The translations under genes were made by a program, and so were the position numbers. Source: Candidatus Poribacteria bacterium (GTDB lineage: Bacteria; Poribacteria; WGA-4E; PCPOR2b). From it: a DNA stretch of 64,000 nt. The first letter of the stretch is position 1. Each line of letters opens with the position of its first letter. The stretch spans positions 2,016,001 through 2,080,000 of the forward strand of contig OZ244042.1 in assembly GCA_965215015.1 (NCBI GenBank). The letters are read 5' to 3'. Below are positions 10,018-19,952 of the stretch, in pieces. A model generated the notes under the pieces. It was given only the letters and a program-made list of their open reading frames with translations, was not told the origin of the DNA and did not search any database.

Positions 10018-10193
10018 CTCAGATTAGATATGTGATTGATTAATCTAAACTTGCGGATAGACTTGCCGTATATCACATAGTATTGAGCCTGAAGGGCAAC
10101 GCAGTGATTCCACACCTGAGCGTGTCCGTCTAGCGTCTGGTGCAACTCACGATTCCCGTAATGGCTATACATTTTGAACTTGTCGGTCTTCAT
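9972..10193 (-). pseudogene. tnpB: truncated IS200/IS605-family TnpB N-terminal fragment
   Basis: MKTDKFKMYS...VWNHCVALQAQYYVIYGK matches the TnpB N-terminal HTH pattern; truncated after about 58 aa; upstream TTTCATC...GATGAAA inverted repeat 10211-10264 resembles an IS left end. Confidence 0.7.
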
Positions 10194-10321
10194 GGGAGTG
10201 TCTTTCTGTCTTTCATCTCCATTTCACTTGGATGTGAAGGACACCCCCAAATGGCGGGATGAAAATCCCTCACGAAAGACAAAACAACTATACCCTATTT
10301 TGCGAAGATTTTGATAAATGT

Positions 10322-10621
10322 TAGGACTTACGCAGTTGAACGTTCAAAGGAGATACTGCTGCGCGACTGTCCTAGTGGGTTAAGCCCGGATTATGGCGCA
10401 ATGGTCATGGTATCTTTCAGTGACTCATCACCGGACAATACAATTCACGACGCCCGATGAATCGGGCAACTACAGTTCAGCCGACAGGAGTAAGCATACT
10501 CTACTGTGCCAGCCCCCTGCTTGCGGGGGGATACAGGGGGGCTTAGCGGAGTACGGCATACACCACCCCTTAAAGACACGGGTTGAATGGCGCGACTACA
10601 AACTCAAGGGCGTAACTCCTA
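10322..10621. mobile_element. MITE-like element, family C (TA-GGACTTACGC ... GCGTAACTCC-TA) with REP cargo
   Basis: Inverted ends flanked by TA; internal hairpins CCCGATGAATCGGGCAACTAC and CCCCCTGCTTGCGGGGGG recur elsewhere in the window. Confidence 0.75.
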
Positions 10622-10757
10622 AATATAATAGATGTAAAGACAGTTACCATCTGAGTTTACTTTAACGAAACTAATACGGAAAGGGTTTCATGACTTCCAC
10701 CCTAGTCCCAGAATATCAATGGTTAAAATAATCCCGCCTTTGGTTTACAATCAGTTC

Positions 10758-13163
10758 TCACGGGCGTAGCATTCTGAGTTGCCCCCGAATATCTGCCTGT
10801 ACTCTCCAACCCTCCCAACGAGGGAGCATCCACGGACTAAGATGGGGCTGCCGGACTCCTCCTACCCACTTCAATGTGATCCTCCGTGCTTGCGGCTCAT
10901 ATTCAACTCGGAATTTTGCCCCATTCATTGAGAACGCTTGTGGATAATTTCTGTTGATTTCTGCGAACTCTACCTCATCAATTAGCGTGAATACAAAATC
11001 TGCCGGCGATAACAGCAGCCAATCCTCTGCAGCTTCAACACCCAAATCAGTGAGGAGCGAGAACAGCCATGTACGAGGTTCCACTGTAGCAGTACTTCCT
11101 TGCATCGCTATGTGGAGGTTGTAAGCGTTGATGCGCTCAATCAGATGTTCTCCTATATTTGGAAATAAACGCCCTGAAAGGATAAAGGTTGCAATAGCCT
11201 CTCTGAGCAGGGGGCCGGTCAGCGGTTGACGTTCCCGACCAATCTCCCGACCCGCATATACGAAACGTACCTGCCCGATGATTTCATTTTCAACTAAGGT
11301 CGGTGCTTCTAGATGAGGGGTTCCTAGTCCGGCCTCTTGCAAATCTGCAAAAGTACAAGGCAGAGCGGTGCGGCCCAAAAGTTGAACACGCGTGCCTTTT
11401 GCAAGCCCTTCTTTTTCTAGAATAAGCGCGGCATCTACCTCAGGACGAATCAGTGAACTGGAATCTAATAGCACCTCATCCTGACCATTCCCCCACGCGT
11501 TTCCTTCGCGCCGTCGAACATAAACGTAGCCAGACGATTCACGTAACAGGTAACGTATGAGCCCAAGTCGATCCGGTTGAACATTCCCTCGATCCTTAGC
11601 CAAGACTGGTATACCAAAAAACAAACGAAGTTGGGAGGCAATTCGGCAGCATTCCACGATAGCCGCACCATGCAGGTGGTGACGGTTAGGTGTGCCACGC
11701 CGCAAGGTCCGAATCAGTGCTGTAGCGTCACAGTGATTACGGATTAAATCCTTACGTCGTGCTTCAGAGATAATGTGAATCTTTTCGGGTGAAAGTTGAT
11801 CCAATTTCCGCCACAACGGTGCAGGACGCTCCAGCGTTGCAATCAGATCGATGAGATCTCGACGGAGGGAAGCTGGTGCTTTGACCAGTAACCGCGCGTA
11901 AGATAAATCAATAGGAAGCACAGATAACTTTCGCCCAAAATCGGTCAGTGCCCCTTCTTGAGACAGGATACCCCATTCAGTCAATTGTTCTTGAGCCCGT
12001 TCAACCGCAAAGGCCGGTGGCGCATCGAGAAATTCTAAGGCCTGCGGGCGAAATCCTGTTGCGGCAACTGCGAGCACAAATGGCGATAAGTCTTCTCGTA
12101 CAATTTCAGGGGGCGTCTCCCTCTCAAGTTGTCCGCGTTCTTCCCACAGCCGGTAGCACACTCCTGGCATGAGCCTTCCTGCCCGGCCGCGTCGCTGTTC
12201 AGCAGAAGCCTGCGAGATGGAACACAATGCCAGTACCACCCGTTGGGCTTGATGAATACGCTGACGTACCAAGCCCGCGTCTACAACCGCTGTTATGCCC
12301 GGCAGTGTGACGGAGGTTTCAGCAACATTCGTTGACAAAATTACACGGCGACGGGGCGTTTCCTCAAAAACCCGATCCTGTTCCGCTGTCGGCAGATCGC
12401 CGTGTAACGACAAGACCTCAACGTTTCTTAGGTAGTGCAATTCATCAAGACATGCCGAAATCTCCCCTTTGCCCGGTAGAAAGACCAATATGTTTCCATC
12501 TGTCTCTCTCAACGCTCGACGCACCCCCCGCGCCACACGCTCCTCCAACCCCCACACTGTAGGGACAGTGACACCACCAAGGTAGCGTACATCAACCGGG
12601 TAGGCTCTTCCCTCCGCAGACAACGATTTTCCACCGACAAACTGAGCGAATTTCTGGGTATCTATCGTTGCGGACATCAACACAAGCTGGGCGTCTGAAC
12701 ACTTCTTCCTGCAGATTGCTAGAAAGAGGTCCGATTCCAGTCCACGCTCATGAAATTCGTCTAGTATGATTGTCCCATATCTATCAAGCTCTCCATCTGC
12801 TGCATACCGCAGCGCAACACCCGGTGTGACGAATCGGATTTGTGTTGTTTCAGACCCCACCTCCTCAAACCTCACCGTATAACCCACTGAAGTGCCTAAC
12901 GGCTCTCCTCGGAGTTTTGACAGCCAGCGGGCAAGTGAACGGCACGCAACCCGCCGTGGTTCCAACACTAAAGTTGGGCGGTCCGACAATTCTGCACACC
13001 AAAGTGGAACCATCGTGGACTTTCCGCTACCGGTAGAAGCCGTAATAATGAGCGGTTGAGTTCCAAAGGCGGTTTGAAACGCCGAACGCAGTCGCTTAAT
13101 CGGAAAATCTGTGTTGCCTAATAGTCCTGTGTGCTGTGCTTTACCTGATGTATCAACCATCAA
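10758..13163 (-). CDS. hrpB: ATP-dependent DEAH-box RNA helicase HrpB-like
   Basis: STGSGKST, LEPRRVAC, DEFHER, MSAT, TNVAETSVT, QRRGRAGR. Confidence 0.88.
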   Translation of the reverse strand: MMVDTSGKAQHTGLLGNTDFPIKRLRSAFQTAFGTQPLIITASTGSGKSTMVPLWCAELSDRPTLVLEPRRVACRSLARWLSKLRGEPLGTSVGYTVRFEEVGSETTQIRFVTPGVALRYAADGELDRYGTIILDEFHERGLESDLFLAICRKKCSDAQLVLMSATIDTQKFAQFVGGKSLSAEGRAYPVDVRYLGGVTVPTVWGLEERVARGVRRALRETDGNILVFLPGKGEISACLDELHYLRNVEVLSLHGDLPTAEQDRVFEETPRRRVILSTNVAETSVTLPGITAVVDAGLVRQRIHQAQRVVLALCSISQASAEQRRGRAGRLMPGVCYRLWEERGQLERETPPEIVREDLSPFVLAVAATGFRPQALEFLDAPPAFAVERAQEQLTEWGILSQEGALTDFGRKLSVLPIDLSYARLLVKAPASLRRDLIDLIATLERPAPLWRKLDQLSPEKIHIISEARRKDLIRNHCDATALIRTLRRGTPNRHHLHGAAIVECCRIASQLRLFFGIPVLAKDRGNVQPDRLGLIRYLLRESSGYVYVRRREGNAWGNGQDEVLLDSSSLIRPEVDAALILEKEGLAKGTRVQLLGRTALPCTFADLQEAGLGTPHLEAPTLVENEIIGQVRFVYAGREIGRERQPLTGPLLREAIATFILSGRLFPNIGEHLIERINAYNLHIAMQGSTATVEPRTWLFSLLTDLGVEAAEDWLLLSPADFVFTLIDEVEFAEINRNYPQAFSMNGAKFRVEYEPQARRITLKWVGGVRQPHLSPWMLPRWEGWRVQADIRGQLRMLRP

Positions 13164-13207
13164 TTTACCAACTCATTTCTTCTTTTTGCTAGATAAAGTG
13201 ATTATTG

Positions 13208-13340
13208 TAGGACTTACACAGTTGATCCCTCGAAGCCCTGTCGGTCAAGATTCATATCTCAACAAAACCCCGGACTCTCGCGCGATAATCCGGACGGATT
13301 GAGCCAATCGTGTCGCGCAACCGTTTTATGAGCACCCCTA
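13208..13340. mobile_element. family C left end joined to family B right end
   Basis: TAGGACTTACACAGTTGATCCCTCGAAGCC (reverse-complement homologue of 39245-39276) and TTATGAGCACCCCT at 13326-13339. Confidence 0.6.
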
Positions 13341-13401
13341 AATTGCTTACAATCAATGATTGACATCTGCGTCTATTTGTTGTATCATTAGCCGATTATC
13401 A

Positions 13402-13746
13402 CTAGGTTCTGTTGACATCTGATAAATTGAACTGATTCTGATGCGCTTGAGACTTTTGTCGGTTGATTTTCAAAAATCAAAAATACCGAGAACATTGCGC
13501 TACAAAATTCCAGACACGATGGGGCGACAATCCTGGCTCAATCCGCCCGGGACGTTGCGCTATAGTCCGGGTGTCTTGTCGAGATGTGAATCTTGACCTA
13601 TACAGGTCAAGGCAAACACCAGTAGGCCGGGTGTCTCGTCCGACTTTGTGCCATTTCACACTGGTTGGACGAGGAAGCCCAATATGCGAATTGTTGACAT
13701 TTTACAGATTCCTAATTGGTGATAGCAAAATGTCAACACGCCCTTA
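13402..13746. mobile_element. MITE-like element, family A, with GTAG REP cargo
   Basis: CTAGGTTCTGTTGACATCT ... AAATGTCAACACGCCC; internal GTAGGCCGGGTGTCTCGTCCGAC. Confidence 0.75.
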
Positions 13747-13806
13747 AGGTTTTATATTTTATTTTTTTACTCAATAAAATGCTCACAATTTCTCTGAACC
13801 GTGAAC

Positions 13807-14373
13807 ATGTCTACAACAAACACCGCCCACACAACCACTCAAACGAAGTCGGGGATGAAATTCTGTCCAAAATGTGCGAATTCTCTTGAAGAGCGAATCC
13901 TGGAAGGGAAAGCGCGTCAAGCATGTACGGTCTGTGATTTCGTGTTCTATCGCGATCCAAAGCCCGTTGCCGGCGTCCTCGCATTCAAAGACAGAAAACT
14001 GCTACTGATACAACGTGGAAATGAACCCAAACTGGGACTATGGAGTTTTCCAACAGGTTACATTGATATTGGCGATACGCCAGCAGAAACAGCCGTGCGA
14101 GAATCAAAAGAAGAAGCAGATGTCGACGTCGAATTAGATAGGCTGCTAGGGGTTTACTCCAATGAAAGCCGGACGGTTGTCCTTATTATTTATGTTGGAA
14201 GAATTGTTTCGGGAACTCCGGCGGGGCGTGCGGAAGCGTTGGATGCACGCCTATTTGCCCCTGATTCGCTGCCCGAATTGGCATTCGACCACGATTATCA
14301 TATTTTAGAGGACCTGCTTCGTTCAAAGACAAATTCACAAAAAACAGAATTCTCTATCAATAAACAAGTATAG
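13807..14373 (+). CDS. NUDIX hydrolase with N-terminal zinc ribbon
   Basis: FCPKC...CTVC; Nudix box GYIDIGDTPAETAVRESKEEAD; LAFDH. Confidence 0.9.
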   Translation: MSTTNTAHTTTQTKSGMKFCPKCANSLEERILEGKARQACTVCDFVFYRDPKPVAGVLAFKDRKLLLIQRGNEPKLGLWSFPTGYIDIGDTPAETAVRESKEEADVDVELDRLLGVYSNESRTVVLIIYVGRIVSGTPAGRAEALDARLFAPDSLPELAFDHDYHILEDLLRSKTNSQKTEFSINKQV

Positions 14374-14410
14374 GAATTTTCATCTTCCACGATACACAAG
14401 GAGAAAAACA

Positions 14411-15775
14411 ATGTCGTCCCACACAATCCTAGAAAAATATCAAAAAACTTTTTCAAAAAATAGAGAACTTGCTCAACAGGCAAATTATATTTTTCCCGAT
14501 GGTGTGACGCATGATAACCGGCACACAGAGCCATTTCCAATTTACATTAATCGCGCACAGGGATCAAAAAAGTGGACCGTTGACGAGATAGAAGTCATTG
14601 ATTACTGGTCGGGACATGGGGCGTTGTTACTCGGTCACAGCCCACCTGAAATTGTCGAAGCCGTCACGCAGCAGATGCCGCACGGGACACACTACGGTGC
14701 CTGTCATGCGCTTGAGGTGGAGTGGGGAGGTCTCGTCAAAGACCTAATCCCATCCGCGGAACGGATACGATTCGTCAATTCCGGCACAGAAGCAACCTTA
14801 ATGGCGATTCGGTTAGCGCGGATGTATACGGGAAAAAACAAATTCCTGAAATTTGCAGGGCATTTTCACGGTTGGCACGATTCCGTTATTTTAGGTGTGT
14901 ATCCGCCGTTTGAGACGCCTGTGCCCGGTATTCCAGAAAGCATCATTGACACAACGGTTATCTGTCCACCGAACGACATTGACGCGGTCGAAAAGTATCT
15001 GAAATCCGACCTGGACATCGCGTGTGTTATTTTGGAGCCGACAGGCGGTGCATTCGGTACTATCCCGACAAATGGTGAGTTCCTCCGACAGCTACGGCAG
15101 GTTACGCAAGATTACGGCGTTGTGTTAATCTTTGACGAAGTCATCTCCGGTTTTCGTGTCTCTCCGGGCGGTGCCCAAGGATATTATAACATCACGCCTG
15201 ACCTTACGACGCTCGCCAAAATCTTGGCAGGGGGGCTTCCCGGCGGGGCGGTCGCTGGAAAAGAAGAACTACTGAATCTCATCTCGCTTAAAGCCGAAAA
15301 ATCGAAGCCACGCTGGAAAAAGATGCCACATCCCGGAACCTTTAACGCCAATCCGTTATCCGCTGCCGCTGGAATTGCGATGCTGAAGCGCGTCAAGACA
15401 GGTATCCCACATGAGAAGGTCAATCGTAGCGCGAAAATGTTGCGCGAAGGGCTCGTTGACGTCATTGATCAGCACGAACTTGATTGGGCGGTCTACGGCG
15501 AGTTTTCTGGGGTGAAGCTTCTCATCGGACACGGCGTTGATGGACTGCGTGCCGCCGATTTTGACCCTTACAATTGCGACTATCGTCAATTGAAAGGCGG
15601 CAGCAATGCGCTGCTCACAATGAATTTGCGTTGTGGAATGCTACTAAGCGGAATTGACATCGCCGGAAATGGCGGGATGACAATGGCAGCACACACCGAC
15701 GAAGATGTGCAACAGACGATCACGGCATTTGATCAGACAATTGGATGGATGAAGGCAGATGGGCTTTTGGACTGA
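14411..15775 (+). CDS. class III PLP aminotransferase (glutamate-1-semialdehyde aminomutase-like)
   Basis: FVNSGTEA, FHGWHD, LIFDEVISGFR, TLAKILAGG, GTFNANP. Confidence 0.88.
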   Translation: MSSHTILEKYQKTFSKNRELAQQANYIFPDGVTHDNRHTEPFPIYINRAQGSKKWTVDEIEVIDYWSGHGALLLGHSPPEIVEAVTQQMPHGTHYGACHALEVEWGGLVKDLIPSAERIRFVNSGTEATLMAIRLARMYTGKNKFLKFAGHFHGWHDSVILGVYPPFETPVPGIPESIIDTTVICPPNDIDAVEKYLKSDLDIACVILEPTGGAFGTIPTNGEFLRQLRQVTQDYGVVLIFDEVISGFRVSPGGAQGYYNITPDLTTLAKILAGGLPGGAVAGKEELLNLISLKAEKSKPRWKKMPHPGTFNANPLSAAAGIAMLKRVKTGIPHEKVNRSAKMLREGLVDVIDQHELDWAVYGEFSGVKLLIGHGVDGLRAADFDPYNCDYRQLKGGSNALLTMNLRCGMLLSGIDIAGNGGMTMAAHTDEDVQQTITAFDQTIGWMKADGLLD

Positions 15776-15910
15776 AGCAGCCAAGGGGCTAAGGAGGTAT
15801 GCGAAAAGGTCAACCCTTAAACTTTCTGCTCCCCCCTATCTTCTGAGGTCCCATCTACGCCGCAAGCTGCCTTGACTCAAAGGGGCCCCGTTGTCCCCAT
15901 CCATTAGCTC

Positions 15911-17890
15911 TCAACCTCTTCCAGAACGTTTATCCACAATCTGGGCACCCTTCTTCAAGGTCGCTAACCAATTTCTGTAAATCTCAGTTTGTTTTGCCTG
16001 TAGCAACGTTTTATAAATTCGGGTGCGCTCTGCTGAGTCGTTCTCGAACTTTGCCATATCTGGTTCTTCGCGTTCAACTAGCTGGATAATATAGGCGGCG
16101 TTGTCCCCTTGAAGCCCGGCTTGCACCTCATTCAACTCCATCCTAAAAGCGGCAAACATAGCCTCCCGGCACGACCCCATTCCTGAGATAAACTGACTGT
16201 TCGGCGAGAGCGCAAACAGGTTGCTCTCCTTAACCTCTCGTTCTTTATTTGTAATATCTTCCGGTGCCTTATACTTTTTCACTAGATCCTCAAGCGATTC
16301 ATCAGAGACACGGAGTGCTGCCAGTTTCTGGGCGTCCTCCAGGGCGAGCTGCTTCGCTTTTTCCCCTTTAATATCATCAATCACTTGCGCCTTGACTGCT
16401 TCAAATTTAGGGACTATCGCGTGTTTCTTTTCAAGGACTTTCGCTACAAAATAGGCGTCAATATCCCCATTCTGTTTCCTGTTTGGACTGATCGCACTGA
16501 CATTTACTTCCATGTCGAAGACCTGATCAATCACATCTTTATACGTCCACCTCATTCCGATTTCAGGGATGTTATTATCATCCACTGTAAAGAAGCCGGT
16601 GTCCTGAACCGCAAGCGACAAATCTTTGTACCTGTCCAGTTGGATTGCCTCTTCATAATCATGAATCTCAACATCAAACAGGAGATTTTCTGAGACGGTT
16701 TTCGCCTGTTCTACACCTACAATCTGAACCAACTTATCACGGATTTCGCTCCTTGCCTGACTAAAGGGTTGAATCTCTTCCGGACGCTTCTCTTCCAACT
16801 TGATGATGTGATATCCAAATCTCGATTCGACCAAATCGCTCACCTCGCCGGGGGCTAACTCGTCAAACGCTGCCTTCTCAAACGACTGCACCATGTCGCC
16901 TCGTGCAAAATAATCTCCCGGCGGCAGATCTGGGTTATTTCCTCGCAATGCCCCTCCCTGCGGTGCCGAACCGGCATCCTCAGAATGTTCTTTGGCAAGT
17001 TCAGCAAAATCCTCCCCCTCAGCAATTGCAGCCTTGACTGTTCCAAGCAGCTTTTCCGCTTCCGCCTTCACCGCTGTCTTCTGCTCGTCGGTTGCGTTAT
17101 CTGGAAGCCTCTTCAAGATATGACGCGCTTTCACCGCTTCCGGCGTCTTAAATTCCTGTTGATGTTCATTGTAATAAGCTTGCAAATCCTCGCCCGAAAT
17201 GAAGTTTCGCGGATCGAGTTTGATGAACCTTAGATTGATCTCCTCTCCCTTTTCATATTTCTCTTTGTGTTCCTCAAAATAGGGTTGCGCTTCAGCATCG
17301 TCCACTTTAACAGCACTCTTATAGACAAAGTGCTTAAATTCAATGTACTTGAGTTTGGCTTTGGTGTTCTGGCGGCGATATTCAGCCTCCACTTCTGCAT
17401 CTGTGACCAACTCAAGTCCTTGAATCTGATTCAGCAGAATTTGATTCAGCAGGAGAGAACGAACATATTGACGGAAGTCATTTCCGTTACCACTTTGCTG
17501 TACCACATTATAATTAGCTAGCAGGTTTTCATCACTACGGATATATTGTTCGACCTCTGCATCGCTAATCTGGACGCTACCAAGAAGGACCTGACGCCTA
17601 ATGAGCAGATCAAGAACCTGTTCTTCAACCTCCTCACGTTCAATCAAAGAGCGGCTTTGGCTCTGTTGCTGTTGTCGAGTGATTTCGCCAGAAACAAGGT
17701 TTTCAAATTCGCGTTGCTGTATTTTGACACCGTTAATCTCAAAAGCGACCACATCATCTCTTCCTCCTCCCCCTAACACACCACCTCCGCCGACAATGTC
17801 GTAGAGGAGAAACGAACCTACAAGAAAGGCAATGCCAACAACGATCAAGAAAAGCTGCGCGATAAATTTCTCCCTTAAAAAAACAATCAT
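15911..17890 (-). CDS. ppiD: PpiD/SurA-like membrane-anchored parvulin peptidyl-prolyl isomerase
   Basis: N-terminal TM, SurA-N region, ARHIL, FAELAKEHSED, FEKAAF, ESRFGYHII. Confidence 0.85.
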   Translation of the reverse strand: MIVFLREKFIAQLFLIVVGIAFLVGSFLLYDIVGGGGVLGGGGRDDVVAFEINGVKIQQREFENLVSGEITRQQQQSQSRSLIEREEVEEQVLDLLIRRQVLLGSVQISDAEVEQYIRSDENLLANYNVVQQSGNGNDFRQYVRSLLLNQILLNQIQGLELVTDAEVEAEYRRQNTKAKLKYIEFKHFVYKSAVKVDDAEAQPYFEEHKEKYEKGEEINLRFIKLDPRNFISGEDLQAYYNEHQQEFKTPEAVKARHILKRLPDNATDEQKTAVKAEAEKLLGTVKAAIAEGEDFAELAKEHSEDAGSAPQGGALRGNNPDLPPGDYFARGDMVQSFEKAAFDELAPGEVSDLVESRFGYHIIKLEEKRPEEIQPFSQARSEIRDKLVQIVGVEQAKTVSENLLFDVEIHDYEEAIQLDRYKDLSLAVQDTGFFTVDDNNIPEIGMRWTYKDVIDQVFDMEVNVSAISPNRKQNGDIDAYFVAKVLEKKHAIVPKFEAVKAQVIDDIKGEKAKQLALEDAQKLAALRVSDESLEDLVKKYKAPEDITNKEREVKESNLFALSPNSQFISGMGSCREAMFAAFRMELNEVQAGLQGDNAAYIIQLVEREEPDMAKFENDSAERTRIYKTLLQAKQTEIYRNWLATLKKGAQIVDKRSGRG

Positions 17891-18123
17891 AGAAATCTCT
17901 CCTGTTTATATGATGTATATAGTTAAATCAAAGTAAAACGGCTAGTATGATACTAAATTAACATCGGTTTTGCAACTTCATTTTTTTTAGAGCCTTTGAT
18001 ATTGAAAAGATTGGTTTTAACAGGCAATCAGGATTTTTATCCTTCAATCCTGATGTAATTTTGTCCAACTGATCTTGAGAACAATTGAATTGACAGCGTT
18101 TTCACAAATTGTTTGTCGAATCT

Positions 18124-18165
18124 AAAAAGAAAAAAAGGGATGGGAATAGCTATAGCACCATCCCT
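18124..18165 (-). terminator. Rho-independent terminator of the tRNA-Leu gene
   Basis: On the minus strand a GGGATGG-loop-CCATCCC stem is followed by a long T tract, about 50 nt after the tRNA 3' end. Confidence 0.7.
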
Positions 18166-18213
18166 ACCCCTTCATTCTCTGGCAACAGTCGTTAGTATTG
18201 CCCGAATTCATGA

Positions 18214-18297
18214 TGCCCCCGACTGGACTCGAACCAGCATGCCAATTAAGGCACAGGCCCTCAACCTGCTGTGTATACCAAATTCCACCACAGGGGC
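18214..18297 (-). tRNA. tRNA-Leu (anticodon GAG)
   Basis: GCCCCTG/CGGGGGC acceptor stem, GCAGG-TTGAGGG-CCTGT anticodon arm, long variable arm, GGTTCGAGTCC T-loop; followed by TCA rather than CCA. Confidence 0.95.
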
Positions 18298-18569
18298 AGA
18301 TAAACAACCTAATTATACCCATCATGAAATAGGGTTGTCAAGCGAAATTTCTGTCTCGAATTCGTGCTTGGAAAACACGATAACCGACTATATCGTGGCA
18401 CCCGTGTGTAACCATCGGGATCAATAGCGATCCAGTTCCTACTATCAGAAGCCCGAATCAGATTCCCGCCAGCATCGCGCCCAAAACCAAAATAGCAGAA
18501 ACTCCTGCCGCCCGATGAATCGGGCAACTACAATCTAAAGTGCGTAAATCCTGATTGAATATCATCGAC

Positions 18570-19694
18570 CTACGAACTGTGTGACTCCGGCAAAAATGTC
18601 TGACTGAATCGCGCAGCCTTTTCAACGCGCTCCAAGACCGGCTGATACCCCGTCCCAGCTGACTGCGAGGGCGTAAATGTGCAATCATCGTTCAAAACCA
18701 ACTCCGTTTCTGTCAAATCTTGCCGATAGAAGAAACTACTAGGAAACAGATCGCCAGGGTAGGTGAAATTGTCCAATGTTGCAAGTTCAACCAAGACGCC
18801 GGCACCTATACCGCTCTCTAACATACTACCCACCCAGCACGGGATACCGGCATCGCGCGCCATATTGTGCAGCCTCACCGCGACGGAGAGGCCACCGACA
18901 CGGCCCGTTTTAAGATTGAGAATCTGACACGATTCCAGCTTCAGTGCCCATTCAAAAGCACGCCCTGATTCAATTGACTCATCCAGACAGACCGGCGTCT
19001 CAATCTGTCGCTGTAACTCAGCATGTTCCAATAGGTCGTTGTGATACAATGGCTGCTCAATCATTGCTAGCCCTAGCTTATCGACCTGCTTGAAAAAATT
19101 GATATCGTCCAGCGTATATCCTGAGTTGCAGTCGATATGGAACGTTTGATGAGGAAAAGCTGCGCGAACCGCCTGCAACATCTCAAGATCCCAACCCGGC
19201 CTCACTTTGAGCTTAACCCGCTTGAAGCCATCATCAACGGCGCACTGAATCTTCTCCAACAGCATGTCAATAGAATCCTGCACGCCAAAGTCAGCACCAG
19301 CATCTACCTTCCTGAAGCTGCCCCCCAACAATTGGTATAGGGGCACACCTTCCATATTTGCTTTGAGTACCCACCAAGCGACCTCCGGACCTGCTTTGGC
19401 AAATGGGTTCCCTTTAATCCACTGGTACGCAGCAAGTAATTCATCCGCTGTATCAAACGATCTGCCAACCAATAGGGGCGCAATAAACTCGGTTATCGTA
19501 TGGTATGCCGACATCGTGGATTCGGGCGAGTAGGCGGGAGCCTTCAACGGTGTAGTCTCGCCCCAACCTTCATGCCCGTCCGATTCCAGCCGGACAAGTA
19601 CCGAATCAACAGTGTCATCCTCACCGTAAGCGGTGCGCCAAGGGTAAATCAGGGGCAGACTGACATAGTAAACGTCAATACAATCTATCCGCAT
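18570..19694 (-). CDS. menC: o-succinylbenzoate synthase / N-succinylamino acid racemase (enolase superfamily)
   Basis: KRVKLK, DCN, IEQP, CLDES, NLKTGRVGG, GSMLESGIG, PGD; NSAR/OSBS subfamily pattern. Confidence 0.75.
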   Translation of the reverse strand: MRIDCIDVYYVSLPLIYPWRTAYGEDDTVDSVLVRLESDGHEGWGETTPLKAPAYSPESTMSAYHTITEFIAPLLVGRSFDTADELLAAYQWIKGNPFAKAGPEVAWWVLKANMEGVPLYQLLGGSFRKVDAGADFGVQDSIDMLLEKIQCAVDDGFKRVKLKVRPGWDLEMLQAVRAAFPHQTFHIDCNSGYTLDDINFFKQVDKLGLAMIEQPLYHNDLLEHAELQRQIETPVCLDESIESGRAFEWALKLESCQILNLKTGRVGGLSVAVRLHNMARDAGIPCWVGSMLESGIGAGVLVELATLDNFTYPGDLFPSSFFYRQDLTETELVLNDDCTFTPSQSAGTGYQPVLERVEKAARFSQTFLPESHSS

Positions 19695-19952
19695 GGGTAA
19701 TTCCTCTCTATCAGGTACACTAGATTTTGTTGTTGACGCCAATCAGAAAATGTCTATAATAACAGCAAACCTCAAAGCCAACTGGTTAGGTTCAATCCTA
19801 GAGTCAGAACTGCAAAACTCACCCTAATTTTATCATATCAGAGGCAACTGAGGGAACAGAGAAATTAAGACAAGAACTTCACCAAAGACGCGGATAGTTT
19901 TGATACGAAACGGTCTCAACATTTTTACTCATCTGATCGAAAGGATAATTGG

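Noticed and set aside
10393-10665. ORFs in intergenic mosaics (also 13463-13747, 21227-21613, 33624-33905, 39146-39358)
   Set aside because: They are read through MITE/REP sequence, with no RBS or protein motifs
14411-15775. Calling the aminotransferase hemL
   Set aside because: It lacks the typical GGVNSPVR motif and no tetrapyrrole genes are nearby; probably a paralogue
18214-18560. Genomic island or prophage integrated at tRNA-Leu
   Set aside because: No integrase, phage genes or duplicated tRNA 3' end were seen
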